Positions 8,234 through 17,628 of a DNA stretch of 47,238 bases are shown one piece after another. A model generated the notes under the pieces. That model was given only the letters and a program-made list of their open reading frames with translations. It searched no databases and was not told where the DNA came from. Position 1 is the stretch's first letter. The number at the start of each line of letters is the position of its first letter. The position numbers and the translations under genes are program-made. The stretch is from Candidatus Eiseniibacteriota bacterium (lineage in GTDB: Bacteria > Eisenbacteria > RBG-16-71-46 > SZUA-252), in the NCBI GenBank assembly GCA_031370645.1, contig JANMQV010000089.1, forward strand, positions 1-47,238, read 5' to 3'.

Positions 8234-9390
8234 AACCGCTTCGGATCGCGCTCCTGGGAGCGACCGGATCGATCGGCGCCGCCGCCCTCCAGTTGGCGCG
8301 GGAATATCCCGACCGGCTTTCGCTCGTTTCCCTGGCCGCGCGGCGAAACGACAGCGCGCTCGTCCGCGCGGCGAAGGAATTCGGCGTCGGGCGGATCGCG
8401 CTCGACGACACCGCCGCGGCCGCGCGCGCGCGCGCCGTCTACGACGGCGATGTGCTCGAAGGGACTTCGGGGCTCGAAGCGCTGGCGGACGACGCGGACA
8501 CCGACATCGTGGTGAACGCCCTGGTCGGCGTGGCGGGCCTTCGGCCGACGCTCTCGGCGCTTCGGGCGGGGAAGCGTCTCGCGCTCGCGAACAAGGAGTC
8601 GATCGTGGTCGCGGGGGAACTGGTGACGGCGACGGCCGCGCGGCACGGCGGCACCATCGTGCCGGTCGACTCCGAGCATGGCGGCCTGCATCAGTGCCTC
8701 GAGGGGCGCGTGGCGGACGACGTCCAGCGCGTGCTCCTGACCGCTTCGGGCGGGCCGTTCCTCCGGCACGATCCGGCGAGCATCGACGACGCGTCGCCGG
8801 AAGACGTGCTCCGCCATCCGACGTGGTCGATGGGTCCGCGCATCACCGTCGATTCGGCGACCCTCGTGAACAAGGGGTTCGAGGTGATCGAGGCGCGCTG
8901 GCTCTTCGGACTCGCCCCGTCGCAACTCGACGTGGTGATTCATCCGCAGTCGATCGTCCACGCGATCGTCGAATTTCGGGACGGCTCGCTCGTGGCTCAA
9001 CTCTCGGTGCCCGACATGCGCCTTCCGCTTCTCTACGCTCTAACGTATCCCGAACGCTGGACATCCACGCTTCCGCGTCTCGATCTCGCGAGCGTGGGAA
9101 CGCTTCACTTCGAGGCGCCCGATCCGCGCCGCGCTCCGGGGCTCGCGCTCGCGCGCCGGGCGCTCGATCGGGGCGGCACGGCGCCGGCGGTGCTGAACGG
9201 TGCCGACGAGGAGGCCGTGCGTCTTTTCCTCGACCGAAAGATCCGTTTCGGCGACGTGACGCGACTGGTCGGGGAAGTGCTCGACGCGCACACGCCGCTC
9301 CCCGCGACGACGCTCGAGGCGGTGGAGAGCGCCGATCGTTGGGCTCGCGCCCGGCTCCACGAGGCGGCGGCCTCGAGAATCCGCACATGA
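8230..9390 (+). CDS. dxr: 1-deoxy-D-xylulose-5-phosphate reductoisomerase
   Basis: LGATGSIG, LALANKES, PVDSEH, LTASGGPF and HPTWSMGPRITVDSATLVNKGFEVIEA motifs. Confidence 0.97.
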   Translation: MKPLRIALLGATGSIGAAALQLAREYPDRLSLVSLAARRNDSALVRAAKEFGVGRIALDDTAAAARARAVYDGDVLEGTSGLEALADDADTDIVVNALVGVAGLRPTLSALRAGKRLALANKESIVVAGELVTATAARHGGTIVPVDSEHGGLHQCLEGRVADDVQRVLLTASGGPFLRHDPASIDDASPEDVLRHPTWSMGPRITVDSATLVNKGFEVIEARWLFGLAPSQLDVVIHPQSIVHAIVEFRDGSLVAQLSVPDMRLPLLYALTYPERWTSTLPRLDLASVGTLHFEAPDPRRAPGLALARRALDRGGTAPAVLNGADEEAVRLFLDRKIRFGDVTRLVGEVLDAHTPLPATTLEAVESADRWARARLHEAAASRIRT

Positions 9391-10424
9391 AACCGACGCA
9401 CACCGAGCCCGACCGCACGCGGCTCCTCGATCTGGCCCGCCGCATCGCGGGGGCGCGGGTCGTCGTGCTGGGAGACGTCGTGCTCGACCGCTACTGGGTC
9501 GGCCGTTCCTCCCGCCTCTCGCGCGAGGCTCCGGTGATCATTCTCGAGTTCGAAGAGGAGCGCGGCGTGCCAGGCGGAGCCGCCAATGCCGCCGCAAACG
9601 TCCGCTCGCTCGGAGGGCGCGCGCGTCTCGTGGGCCGCGCCGGCGGCGACCCGGCGGGGGTGGCGCTTCGCCGGGTGCTGAAGGGACACGGACTCGAGGC
9701 GCGCTGGATCGTGCGCGACCCCGCCATCGACACCGCGGTGAAGACGCGCGTTCTCGCCGGCTCGAGCCATGCGGCTCGCCAGCAGTTGGTCCGTCTCGAT
9801 CGCGGCAAGCGCGTCCCGGTCGGTCCGTCGGCCGAGCGGGCGCTCCTCGCGCGGCTGCGGAACGCGCTTCGCGGCGCCGATGCGCTCCTTCTATCGGATT
9901 ACGGGTATGGGGTCCTTGGGCCGGGCGTGCGACAGCGGGCGCTTCGCCTGGCGCGCGCGCGGCGCGTCCCCGTCGTCGTCGATTCGCGCTGGGCGCTTCG
10001 CTCCTACCGCGGCGCCACGCTTCTCACGCCGAACGAGCACGAGATCGCTGAAGCGTTCCACCTGCCGTCGCTCGACCAGGGCGCGCTTCGTCGCGCGGGA
10101 GAAGCGCTTCGCAAGGCCGCCGGGGCCCAAGCGGTCTGGATCACGAGAGGGAGCGACGGCATGCTCGTCGTCGAACGCCGCGCCCGAACCCGCCGCGTTC
10201 CCGTCGTGGGGGGAAGCGACGTGGTCGACACAACCGGCGCCGGCGATGCCGTCTCCGCCGCGGCGGCGATGGCGCTCGGCGTCGGCGCGACACAGACCGA
10301 AGCGGCGCTTCTTGCGACCTACGCCGCCTCGGTCGTGGTCATGAAGCGCGGCACCGCCACGGTGAGCCGCGCCGAACTCGAGGCGGCCATCCGCGCGTAT
10401 CCGCTGCCGCGCGTTCGCTCGTGA
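9387..10424 (+). CDS. D-glycero-manno-heptose-7-phosphate kinase (RfaE1/HldA-like, PfkB family)
   Basis: GDVVLDRY, RLSREAPV, PGGAANAA, KTRV, LSDYGYG, TPNEHE and DTTGAGD motifs. Start ATG 9387 (ATGA overlap with dxr). Confidence 0.88.
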   Translation: MKPTHTEPDRTRLLDLARRIAGARVVVLGDVVLDRYWVGRSSRLSREAPVIILEFEEERGVPGGAANAAANVRSLGGRARLVGRAGGDPAGVALRRVLKGHGLEARWIVRDPAIDTAVKTRVLAGSSHAARQQLVRLDRGKRVPVGPSAERALLARLRNALRGADALLLSDYGYGVLGPGVRQRALRLARARRVPVVVDSRWALRSYRGATLLTPNEHEIAEAFHLPSLDQGALRRAGEALRKAAGAQAVWITRGSDGMLVVERRARTRRVPVVGGSDVVDTTGAGDAVSAAAAMALGVGATQTEAALLATYAASVVVMKRGTATVSRAELEAAIRAYPLPRVRS

Positions 10425-10930
10425 GCCAGCCGCCGCGCATCGTCGACGCCGAGGCGCTCGCCGCACTGCTCGACGCGGAACCCGCGCTTCGAAACGGCCT
10501 CGTCCTGACCAACGGCATCTTCGATCTCCTCCACGTCGGGCACGTCCGCTACCTGGAAGGCGCGCGCGCCGAAGGGGAGCGGCTCGTCGTGGCGCTCAAC
10601 TCCGACGCCTCCGCGCGCCGGCTCAAGGGTGAGGAGCGCCCGGTCGTGACCCTCTCGGAGCGGATGGAACTCATCGCCGCGCTCCGATGCGTCACGTGGG
10701 TGACGTGGTTCGAGGAGGAACGCGTCGACGGCCTCCTCCGGCTCCTTCGTCCCGCGGTCCATGCAAAGGGGACCGACTACACGGTGGAGTCGGTGCCGGA
10801 ACGCACGCTCGCCCTCTCACTCGGCATTCGGACGGCCATCGTCGGCGATCCGAAAGCGCATGCGACGAGCGAGATGGTGGAGCGGCTTCGCCGTGCGCCG
10901 AACGGCGTCTCTTCGGAGAAGCGGCCGTGA
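10421..10930 (+). CDS. Heptose-1-phosphate adenylyltransferase (RfaE2/HldC-like)
   Basis: TNGIFDLLHVGHVRYL (HxGH motif), LNSDAS, LKGEERPV and KGTDY. Confidence 0.9.
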   Translation: MSQPPRIVDAEALAALLDAEPALRNGLVLTNGIFDLLHVGHVRYLEGARAEGERLVVALNSDASARRLKGEERPVVTLSERMELIAALRCVTWVTWFEEERVDGLLRLLRPAVHAKGTDYTVESVPERTLALSLGIRTAIVGDPKAHATSEMVERLRRAPNGVSSEKRP

Positions 10931-12018
10931 TCGGCTCCCTCCTCTTGACCGCGCTCGAGCCCGAGCCGCCGCCCGTCGCGCCGCCGCGCCGGGTTCTCGT
11001 CTCGCGCCTCCGCCGAATCGGCGACGTCATCCTCTCGCTGCCGCTCCTGGATGCGCTCCGGGAGCAATTTCCCGACGCGACGATCGACTACCTCGCCGAA
11101 GCGAGTCCCGCCCAGGCCGTCATCGGGCACCCGGCCGTCGACACGGTGCACGCGGCTCCCACGAAGGGTGGATGGCTCCTGCCGGCCCCCTGGCCTCTCC
11201 TTCACGCGCTCCGGCGAACGAACTACGACTGGGTGATCGATCTGTATGGGAATCCCCGTAGCGCGCTTCTGGCAGCGTGGACGGGGGCTCCGATTCGGGT
11301 CGGTCCCGGCCGTCGGGGGCGACGTCATTTTTACAGCCATCACCTTCCGCGAGTCGATGAGCCGCTCTCAGCGGTGGCGCATCATCTCCTGGCGCTCCAG
11401 GTGCTCGGGGTCAATCCGAGCGGAGAGCCGAGTCGACCGCGAATCCATCTCGACGAGACGGAATTGGCGGCCGGCCGGGAGCGACTCGCCGATGTCACCT
11501 CCGGCACGGGACCGCGGGTGGGGTTACACGTGGGAAATCGGTGGCCCGCCAAACGCTGGCCGGAAGAGCGTTTCGCGGCGCTTCTTCGCGTGCTTTCGAG
11601 GGCAGGCGTCGAGCCGATCGTCCTGGCGGGACCGGGTGAAGAAGAGCTGGCGAAGCGAGTGGCGATGGCGGCTCCGACCGGTAACGCCGTCGTCATCGCG
11701 GGACTTCCGCTTCGCCGGTACTGGGGCGTGGTGGCGGCGCTCGACGTTCTCGTGACGAACGACGGGAGTCCGCTTCACAGCGGCCCCGCGCTCGGCGTTC
11801 CGACCGTCGGCATACTCGGTCCGACCGTCCCCGAAATCTGGTTTCCTTACGACGCGCGCGAGGGGCACCAACTCCTCTGCAAGGAAATCTGGTGCCGCCC
11901 CTGCCATCGGCACGAATGCGCGCGCCTCGACTGTCTCGACTGGATCAGCGTCGCCGAGGCGAAGCGCGCGGTCGAGCGCGCCCTCGCGCACGGGGAGCGG
12001 CGGCGTGCCGTCGCCTGA
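10927..12018 (+). CDS. Glycosyltransferase family 9 (LPS heptosyltransferase-like)
   Basis: RRIGDVILSLP, AKRWP, VTNDGSPLH, ALGVPTV and a C-terminal Cys cluster. Start GTG 10927. Confidence 0.9.
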   Translation: MIGSLLLTALEPEPPPVAPPRRVLVSRLRRIGDVILSLPLLDALREQFPDATIDYLAEASPAQAVIGHPAVDTVHAAPTKGGWLLPAPWPLLHALRRTNYDWVIDLYGNPRSALLAAWTGAPIRVGPGRRGRRHFYSHHLPRVDEPLSAVAHHLLALQVLGVNPSGEPSRPRIHLDETELAAGRERLADVTSGTGPRVGLHVGNRWPAKRWPEERFAALLRVLSRAGVEPIVLAGPGEEELAKRVAMAAPTGNAVVIAGLPLRRYWGVVAALDVLVTNDGSPLHSGPALGVPTVGILGPTVPEIWFPYDAREGHQLLCKEIWCRPCHRHECARLDCLDWISVAEAKRAVERALAHGERRRAVA

Positions 12019-13084
12019 GCGAATGCTGGTGCTTCGGCATCGCGCGGCGGGTGATCTCCTGCTCACGACGCCCGCGCTCCGCGCCCTTCGTCAGGGAATC
12101 CCCGGTGCCAGGATCGACGTGCTCGCCGCGAAGGGGATGGAGGCACTTCTCGAAGGGAACACCGATGTCGATCGTGTCCTCACCGTCGATCGCGGGTCGA
12201 TCACCTCGCAGGTGAATCTCTACGCGCGGCTTGCGCGCGGCGGCTACTCGCGCGTGCTCGATCTCGTCTCGAATCCGAGGAGCGCGTTCATGACGGCGCT
12301 CACGCGAGCGCCGGTTCGAGCCGGGTTCGACATCCCGGGACGTGCGTGGGCGTATACGCTTCGCGTGCCGCGGGAGCCGCTCGATCCCGACGGGCGCCCG
12401 GTTCTTCGCTATGCGCCCGAAGCGTCGCTCGACCTGGTCCGCGCGCTCGGAATCTCGCCGCGCGGCCTGGAACTCCGGTTCGCCGTGAGCGAGGCGGCGC
12501 GCACATCGATCGGCGCATGGATCGACTCCAGCGCACGGGAGATCGCGGGGAGGCCCCTCGTGGCCTGCCTTCCGACCGGCTCCTGGCCGGCGAAGACGTG
12601 GCTCCCGGAGCGATTCGCCGCCGTCATGGACGCGCTCGCGGAGGACGTCGTTCCGGTCTGGATCTGGGGCCCGGGAGAGCGGGAAGCGGTTGAGACAGTC
12701 CGCGCGCGAATGAAGCGGCCCTCGCTCCTCGCGCCGCCGACCGGATGGCAGGAACTCGGGGCGCTCCTCGAACGCTCGGCGCTTCTTGTGGGAAACGACT
12801 CGGGGCCGAAGCATCTCGCCGTCGCGCTTGGAACGCCGACCGTGACGATCTTCGGACCGACTCACCCGGCGACGTGGCACCCTCCAGGAGGGCGGCACGC
12901 GTTGGTGGAGGCGACCGGGCTCGACTGCCTTCACTGCAACGCGAATCGCTGTCCGCTGGAGGGAGAGCGCCACCTTCGCTGCATGCGTGACGTGACGCCC
13001 GAACGCGTGATCGAAGCCGCGCGCTCGCTCCTCAACCAAACCGTGAACCGGCCCGGAGGAGAACGATCGTGCGCGAGCCATTAA
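12005..13084 (+). CDS. Glycosyltransferase family 9 (LPS heptosyltransferase-like)
   Basis: AAGDLLLTTP, AKTWLPERF, VGNDSGPKHLAVALGTPTVTIFGPT and a C-terminal Cys cluster. Confidence 0.9.
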   Translation: MPSPERMLVLRHRAAGDLLLTTPALRALRQGIPGARIDVLAAKGMEALLEGNTDVDRVLTVDRGSITSQVNLYARLARGGYSRVLDLVSNPRSAFMTALTRAPVRAGFDIPGRAWAYTLRVPREPLDPDGRPVLRYAPEASLDLVRALGISPRGLELRFAVSEAARTSIGAWIDSSAREIAGRPLVACLPTGSWPAKTWLPERFAAVMDALAEDVVPVWIWGPGEREAVETVRARMKRPSLLAPPTGWQELGALLERSALLVGNDSGPKHLAVALGTPTVTIFGPTHPATWHPPGGRHALVEATGLDCLHCNANRCPLEGERHLRCMRDVTPERVIEAARSLLNQTVNRPGGERSCASH

Positions 13085-13863
13085 GCGTCCTCGTCCCGGC
13101 GAAGAACGAAGCGCGGAATCTCCGCGCCTGCCTCGACTCCACGCGCTGGGCCGAAGAGCTGGTCGTCGTCGATTCGGGGAGCACCGACGGCTCCCTCGAT
13201 ATCGCGCGCGCCGTCGCCGACCGCGTTCTCGAACACGAGTACGTGAACTCCGCCGCGCAGAAGAATTGGGCGCTGCCGCAGCTGAAGCACAGCTGGGTCC
13301 TGATCGTGGACGCCGACGAGCGCGTCACGCCGGCGCTCCGCGCCGAGATCGAAACGGTCTTGGCCGATCCGGCGCGCGCCGACGGCTACTGGATCCGGCG
13401 CGACAACCACTTCCTCGGGAAACCGATCCGTGGCGCGGGGTGGCAGCGCGACAAGGTGCTCCGGCTCTTCGACCGGGCGAAGGGCGCGTATCAACCGCTT
13501 CACGTCCACGCCGAGGTGGAGATCCGCGGGCGCGTGGGCTTCCTCCGCGAGCGACTCTTCCACGACACCTATCGCGACCTCGATCAGTACTTCGACAAAT
13601 TCCTTCGTTACACCCGGTGGTCGGCGGCGGATCTGAAATCGCGCGGGGTCCGCGCCTCGGGCGGGCGTCTCTTCTGGCGGCCGATCGGGCGCTTCCTTCG
13701 CCAATACGTGCTCGAAGGGGGATTCCGCTACGGACGGCACGGGCTCGTCCTCTGCATGCTCGCCGCCTTCTCCGTCTTCACGAAATACGCGCGCCGCTGG
13801 GAGGACGGGGTGCGAAACGACGAACCCGCGGCGCCTTCCGAGCCGCCGCGACGGCGACCGTGA
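13069..13863 (+). CDS. Glycosyltransferase family 2 (WaaE/KdtX-like LPS core transferase)
   Basis: KNEARNL, VVDSGSTDGS, WVLIVDADE (DxD motif), VHAE and GGFRYGRHGL. Confidence 0.88.
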   Translation: MREPLSVLVPAKNEARNLRACLDSTRWAEELVVVDSGSTDGSLDIARAVADRVLEHEYVNSAAQKNWALPQLKHSWVLIVDADERVTPALRAEIETVLADPARADGYWIRRDNHFLGKPIRGAGWQRDKVLRLFDRAKGAYQPLHVHAEVEIRGRVGFLRERLFHDTYRDLDQYFDKFLRYTRWSAADLKSRGVRASGGRLFWRPIGRFLRQYVLEGGFRYGRHGLVLCMLAAFSVFTKYARRWEDGVRNDEPAAPSEPPRRRP

Positions 13864-14999
13864 AAGTCGCCTTTTTCGGGAGCTACGACCCGGCTTATCC
13901 CCGCGTCCGCGTCTTCCGCGAGGGGCTCGAGGCGCGAGGCGTGGAGGTGCGCGACCTCCATGCCGCGCCGCGGAAGGCGCCCCTGCTTCGCGCGGCGGAA
14001 CTCAGCGCCGCCTGGCTCTCGCGCGGAGGCGGCCTCGACGCGCTCCTCGTTCCCGCCTTCGGGCATCGCGACGTGGCGCTAGCCGCCCTCTTCGGACGGC
14101 TGGCGGGAATTCCCGTTCTCTTCGATCCGCTCGTCTCCCGCTGGGACACGCAGGTGGGCGATCTTCGCCGCGTGCGCGCGGGGAGCGTGAGCGCTGCGAG
14201 AATGCTCTGGAGCGATCGCGCCTCCATGCGCCTCGCCGACGCGCTCCTCTGCGACACCTGGGAGCACGCCGACTTCTACACGACCACGATGGGGGTTCCG
14301 CGCCGGAAGATGACTCGCGTGCCGGTGGGTGCGGACACCGAGACCTTCGCGCGCGGGGCGGGGCGAAAGCCGCGCGTCTCACCCGCGCCGCCCGACTCCG
14401 AGCCCACGAACACGCCGCTCGAGATCGTCTTTGTCGGCGGCTTTCTGCCGCTTCACGGACTTCCCGCCATCGTGGAGGCGGCGGCGATTCTCGAGTCGCG
14501 CCGCGGCCCGCGCTACGCCCGCTTCACGCTCGTCGGCGCCGGCATGCTGGCGCATCGCGTGGCGCGCGACGTCGCCTCGCTCGGGCTTCGCTCGGTGCGA
14601 CTTCTCGGACGAACTCCGTATCCCGAGGCGATGGAACTCCTCGCCGGCGCCGACCTCGCGCTCGGGATTTTCGGAGTCACGGAGAAGGCGGCGCGCGTGG
14701 TGCCGCACAAGGTCTTTCAAGCGCTCGCGCTCGGCGTGCCGACGATCACCCGCCGCTCTCCCGCGATCGCCGAGTTCTTTCGCGAGGGAGAGCAGCTGAT
14801 GCTCGTGCCACCGGGCGACGGTCCGGCGCTCGCGGCAGCCATCGAAACGCTCGGCGCCGATCCCGAGCGGCGGGAGCGAATGGGACGCGCGGGACGCGAG
14901 GCGGCGCTCGAAGCGGGGGAGCCGTCACGCATCGGATCGCTCCTCGTCGACGCGGTGGCGCGCGCCCGCGACGCCACGGCGCCGCGCCGGACGCGATGA
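13860..14999 (+). CDS. Glycosyltransferase family 4
   Basis: FVGGFLPLHG, LGIFG...VVPHKVFQALALGVP and VPPGDGPALA. Start GTG 13860. Confidence 0.85.
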   Translation: MKVAFFGSYDPAYPRVRVFREGLEARGVEVRDLHAAPRKAPLLRAAELSAAWLSRGGGLDALLVPAFGHRDVALAALFGRLAGIPVLFDPLVSRWDTQVGDLRRVRAGSVSAARMLWSDRASMRLADALLCDTWEHADFYTTTMGVPRRKMTRVPVGADTETFARGAGRKPRVSPAPPDSEPTNTPLEIVFVGGFLPLHGLPAIVEAAAILESRRGPRYARFTLVGAGMLAHRVARDVASLGLRSVRLLGRTPYPEAMELLAGADLALGIFGVTEKAARVVPHKVFQALALGVPTITRRSPAIAEFFREGEQLMLVPPGDGPALAAAIETLGADPERRERMGRAGREAALEAGEPSRIGSLLVDAVARARDATAPRRTR

Positions 15000-16141
15000 A
15001 TATGCCGAACGCGGCGGTGACGCCACGCCGGCTCCGCGTCCTCCATGTCGACTCCGAGCGCCCGTGGCGCGGCGGGGAGCGGCAGGTCTTGGAACTGATG
15101 CGCCGGCAGCGGCGCCGCGGGGACGATCCGCACCTGGCCGCGCCGCGCGTTTCCGCCATCTACGCGCGGGCGACGGGCGAGAGATTTCCGGTTCACGCGG
15201 TGGCGATGCGAGGGACGTGGGATCTCGCCTCCGCGTTCGCCATCGCGCGGCTCCACGGAGAACTCCATCCCGACCTCGTCCACTGGCACGCCGCTCGCGC
15301 CCATGCGCTCGGAGCCATCGCGTCGCTCTTCGCCCCGGGGCCCGCGCGAATTCTTTCGAGGCGGGTCGACTTTCCCGTCCGGCGAAGCGTCGGGAGCCGG
15401 CTCCTCTGGTCGCTCCCGGTCGAAGCGATCGCGGCCATTTCGGAAGGCGTGAAGGAAGCGCTGATTCGAAGCGGCGTCGCCTCCGAGCGCATCCGCGTCG
15501 TGCCGAGCGGAATCGATCTCGCACCGTTTGAAACGCCGGCGGACCGCGCGGCGATTCGCAGGCGACTCGGAGTAGAGCCCGACATCGTGCTCGCCCTTCA
15601 GGCCGCCGCGCTCGCATCCCACAAATCGCAGACCGATCTCCTTCAGGCGGCCGCGCGAATCCGTGGCGAGGCGCCATGCCTTCGCGTTTGGATCGCGGGA
15701 GAGGGCCCGCTCCGACGCGAGCTCGATCTCGAACATCAGGCGCTTGGCCTCGGAACCACGGTCCGCCTTCTCGGGTTTCGAGAAGATGTGAACGATCTGC
15801 TCCAGGCGGCCGATCTATTCGTCGTCTCCTCCTCCCTCGAGGGGATGGGGACCGCGACGCTCGACGCGATGGCCTCCGGGCTTCCGCTCGTGGCGACGCG
15901 CGTCGGCGGCATTCCCGAGATCGTGGAGGATGGCGTCACCGGAATTCTGGTTCCGGCGCGCGATCCGGGCGCGCTGGCGGTAGCGATGCTCCGCCTGGTG
16001 AACGATCCCGAGCTTCGGGCGCGATTCGGGGCTGCGGGGAAGTCTCGCGTCCGCGAATTCTCGGCCGACCGGACGGAAGAACGGACGCGAGCGATGTACG
16101 AGGAGGTGCTCGGCCGTCGGGCTACCAAACCGCGCCCTTAA
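14996..16141 (+). CDS. Glycosyltransferase family 4
   Basis: WRGGERQ, VVPSGID and EGMGTATLDAMASGLPLVATRVGGIPE. Confidence 0.9.
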   Translation: MNMPNAAVTPRRLRVLHVDSERPWRGGERQVLELMRRQRRRGDDPHLAAPRVSAIYARATGERFPVHAVAMRGTWDLASAFAIARLHGELHPDLVHWHAARAHALGAIASLFAPGPARILSRRVDFPVRRSVGSRLLWSLPVEAIAAISEGVKEALIRSGVASERIRVVPSGIDLAPFETPADRAAIRRRLGVEPDIVLALQAAALASHKSQTDLLQAAARIRGEAPCLRVWIAGEGPLRRELDLEHQALGLGTTVRLLGFREDVNDLLQAADLFVVSSSLEGMGTATLDAMASGLPLVATRVGGIPEIVEDGVTGILVPARDPGALAVAMLRLVNDPELRARFGAAGKSRVREFSADRTEERTRAMYEEVLGRRATKPRP

Positions 16142-16160
16142 CTCCCTGGGGCGCGGCTCC

Positions 16161-16189
16161 TTGAACTCGCAGTATCAACGTGTTAGAGT
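16161..16189 (+). promoter_or_regulatory. sigma70-like promoter of rseP with an overlapping IHF-consensus site
   Basis: TTGAAC (16161-16166), 17-nt spacer, TAGAGT (16184-16189) with an upstream TG. TATCAACGTGTTA (16173-16185) matches WATCAANNNNTTR. Confidence 0.62.
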
Positions 16190-16235
16190 CATTTGGCTCA
16201 TTCTCGACTGACCCTACGACTCCCGAGGGATCGCC

Positions 16236-17618
16236 ATGCCCCACGTCGTTTCGACCATCCTCTACGGTGCGCTGATCCTCGGCGTCCTCGTTTTCGTCCA
16301 CGAGTTGGGCCACTTCCTCGTGGCCAAGTGGCTCGGGGTGCGCGTCTTGTCGTTCTCGATCGGCATGGGCCCGCGGGTTCTTGGCTTCCGCCGCGGGGAC
16401 ACCGATTACCGCCTCTCCCTCCTTCCGCTCGGCGGCTACGTCCGCATGGCGGGAGACACGACGGAGGGGGAAGATCGAACCGGCGATCCGGCCGAATTCC
16501 TCGAGAAGCCCTGGTGGGCCCGGGCTCTGATCAGTGTCGCCGGCCCCGGCGCGAACCTCGTCTTCGCGCTTCTCGTCTACATCGGGCTCTATCTCGTCGG
16601 CATCACCACGACCGATTACAGCGCTCACGTCGGCAGCGTGAAAGCGGGCTCGCCGGCGGAGAAGGCGGGACTCCAGGCGGGAGACATTTTTGTTTCCTGG
16701 GAGGGCCGGCCGGCCGCCACGATGGCTCGTCTCTCCGACGCGCTCGACCGGACGGCCGAAGTGAAAGGCGCCACGGGGCCGATCGCGCTGATCGTCACGC
16801 GGCGGGGTGCGCCGGTGACCCTGCAGGTCCCGCGCGCCGGGGCCTTAAAGGTTGCCGAGGGGATCGAGTGGGGAACCGACACCGAGATCGGGAAGGTTCT
16901 CATCGGACTTCCCGCGTACGCCGCGGGGCTCCGGGACGGCGATCGCGTCCTTCGTATCGACGGGAAGTCGGTCACGACGTGGAATGAACTCGCGCGAGCG
17001 CTTCGGGCCAAACCTGATGCCGTCGTGGCGCTCGAAGCAAATCGCCGGGGTCAGGTCTTCAGGGTGGAGATCCGGACGACCCCGGAGGGATACGTCGGGA
17101 TTTCGCCGCCGGAGTTGATGACCTACCGCCAATCCTTCCCGGCGGGTCGCGCGGTCACGCTCGGGTTCCAGCAGACCTTCGCCACGGTGGGGCAGATCTA
17201 CGCGGGGCTCTGGTCGCTCGTCTCGAATCCCGGCCGGCTCGGCGAGAGCGTGGCGGGGCCGATCGCGATCTCGCAGGTGGCGCAGCAGACCGCGGCCAGC
17301 GGCCTGAACGAGCTGATCCGCTTCGGCGCGTTCATCAGCCTCGCGCTCATGGCCATGAACCTGCTTCCGATTCCAATTCTCGACGGCGGGCACATTCTCT
17401 TCTCGCTCATCGAGGGGGTGCGGCGGCGCCCGCTCTCCGACCGGACGCAACTAGCGTTCCAGCGCGTCGGTCTCTTCCTTCTCGTCTCGCTCGTCGTCTT
17501 CTCGTTCTACAACGACCTGAACCGGGTCAATCAGCGCAAGCGGGCGGAGGCGGCCATCACGAAGAGCCTCTCGCAGCCGTCGCCCGCCGACAGCGCCGCT
17601 CTGCCCGGCCACCCCTGA
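16236..17618 (+). CDS. rseP: RIP metalloprotease RseP
   Basis: HELGH zinc motif, FSIGMGP, PLGGYVRM, AGPGAN, two PDZ-like repeats and NLLPIPILDGGH. Confidence 0.96.
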   Translation: MPHVVSTILYGALILGVLVFVHELGHFLVAKWLGVRVLSFSIGMGPRVLGFRRGDTDYRLSLLPLGGYVRMAGDTTEGEDRTGDPAEFLEKPWWARALISVAGPGANLVFALLVYIGLYLVGITTTDYSAHVGSVKAGSPAEKAGLQAGDIFVSWEGRPAATMARLSDALDRTAEVKGATGPIALIVTRRGAPVTLQVPRAGALKVAEGIEWGTDTEIGKVLIGLPAYAAGLRDGDRVLRIDGKSVTTWNELARALRAKPDAVVALEANRRGQVFRVEIRTTPEGYVGISPPELMTYRQSFPAGRAVTLGFQQTFATVGQIYAGLWSLVSNPGRLGESVAGPIAISQVAQQTAASGLNELIRFGAFISLALMAMNLLPIPILDGGHILFSLIEGVRRRPLSDRTQLAFQRVGLFLLVSLVVFSFYNDLNRVNQRKRAEAAITKSLSQPSPADSAALPGHP

Positions 17619-17628
17619 CGCGAACCCA

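Noticed and set aside
11893..11907. CxxCH (CRPCH) in the first GT9 as a heme c site
   Set aside because: The protein has no signal peptide and the motif is part of the GT9 Cys-rich tail. The paralog has CLHCN at the same position.
9387..16141. LPS cassette as a mobile genomic island
   Set aside because: No integrase, transposase, tRNA anchor or flanking direct repeats, and no visible composition shift.
16161..16195. sigmaE-type promoter (GAACT...TCA) or dif site upstream of rseP
   Set aside because: The spacing is about 20 nt, too long for sigmaE, and there is no match to XerC/XerD arms. A sigma70-like reading fits better.
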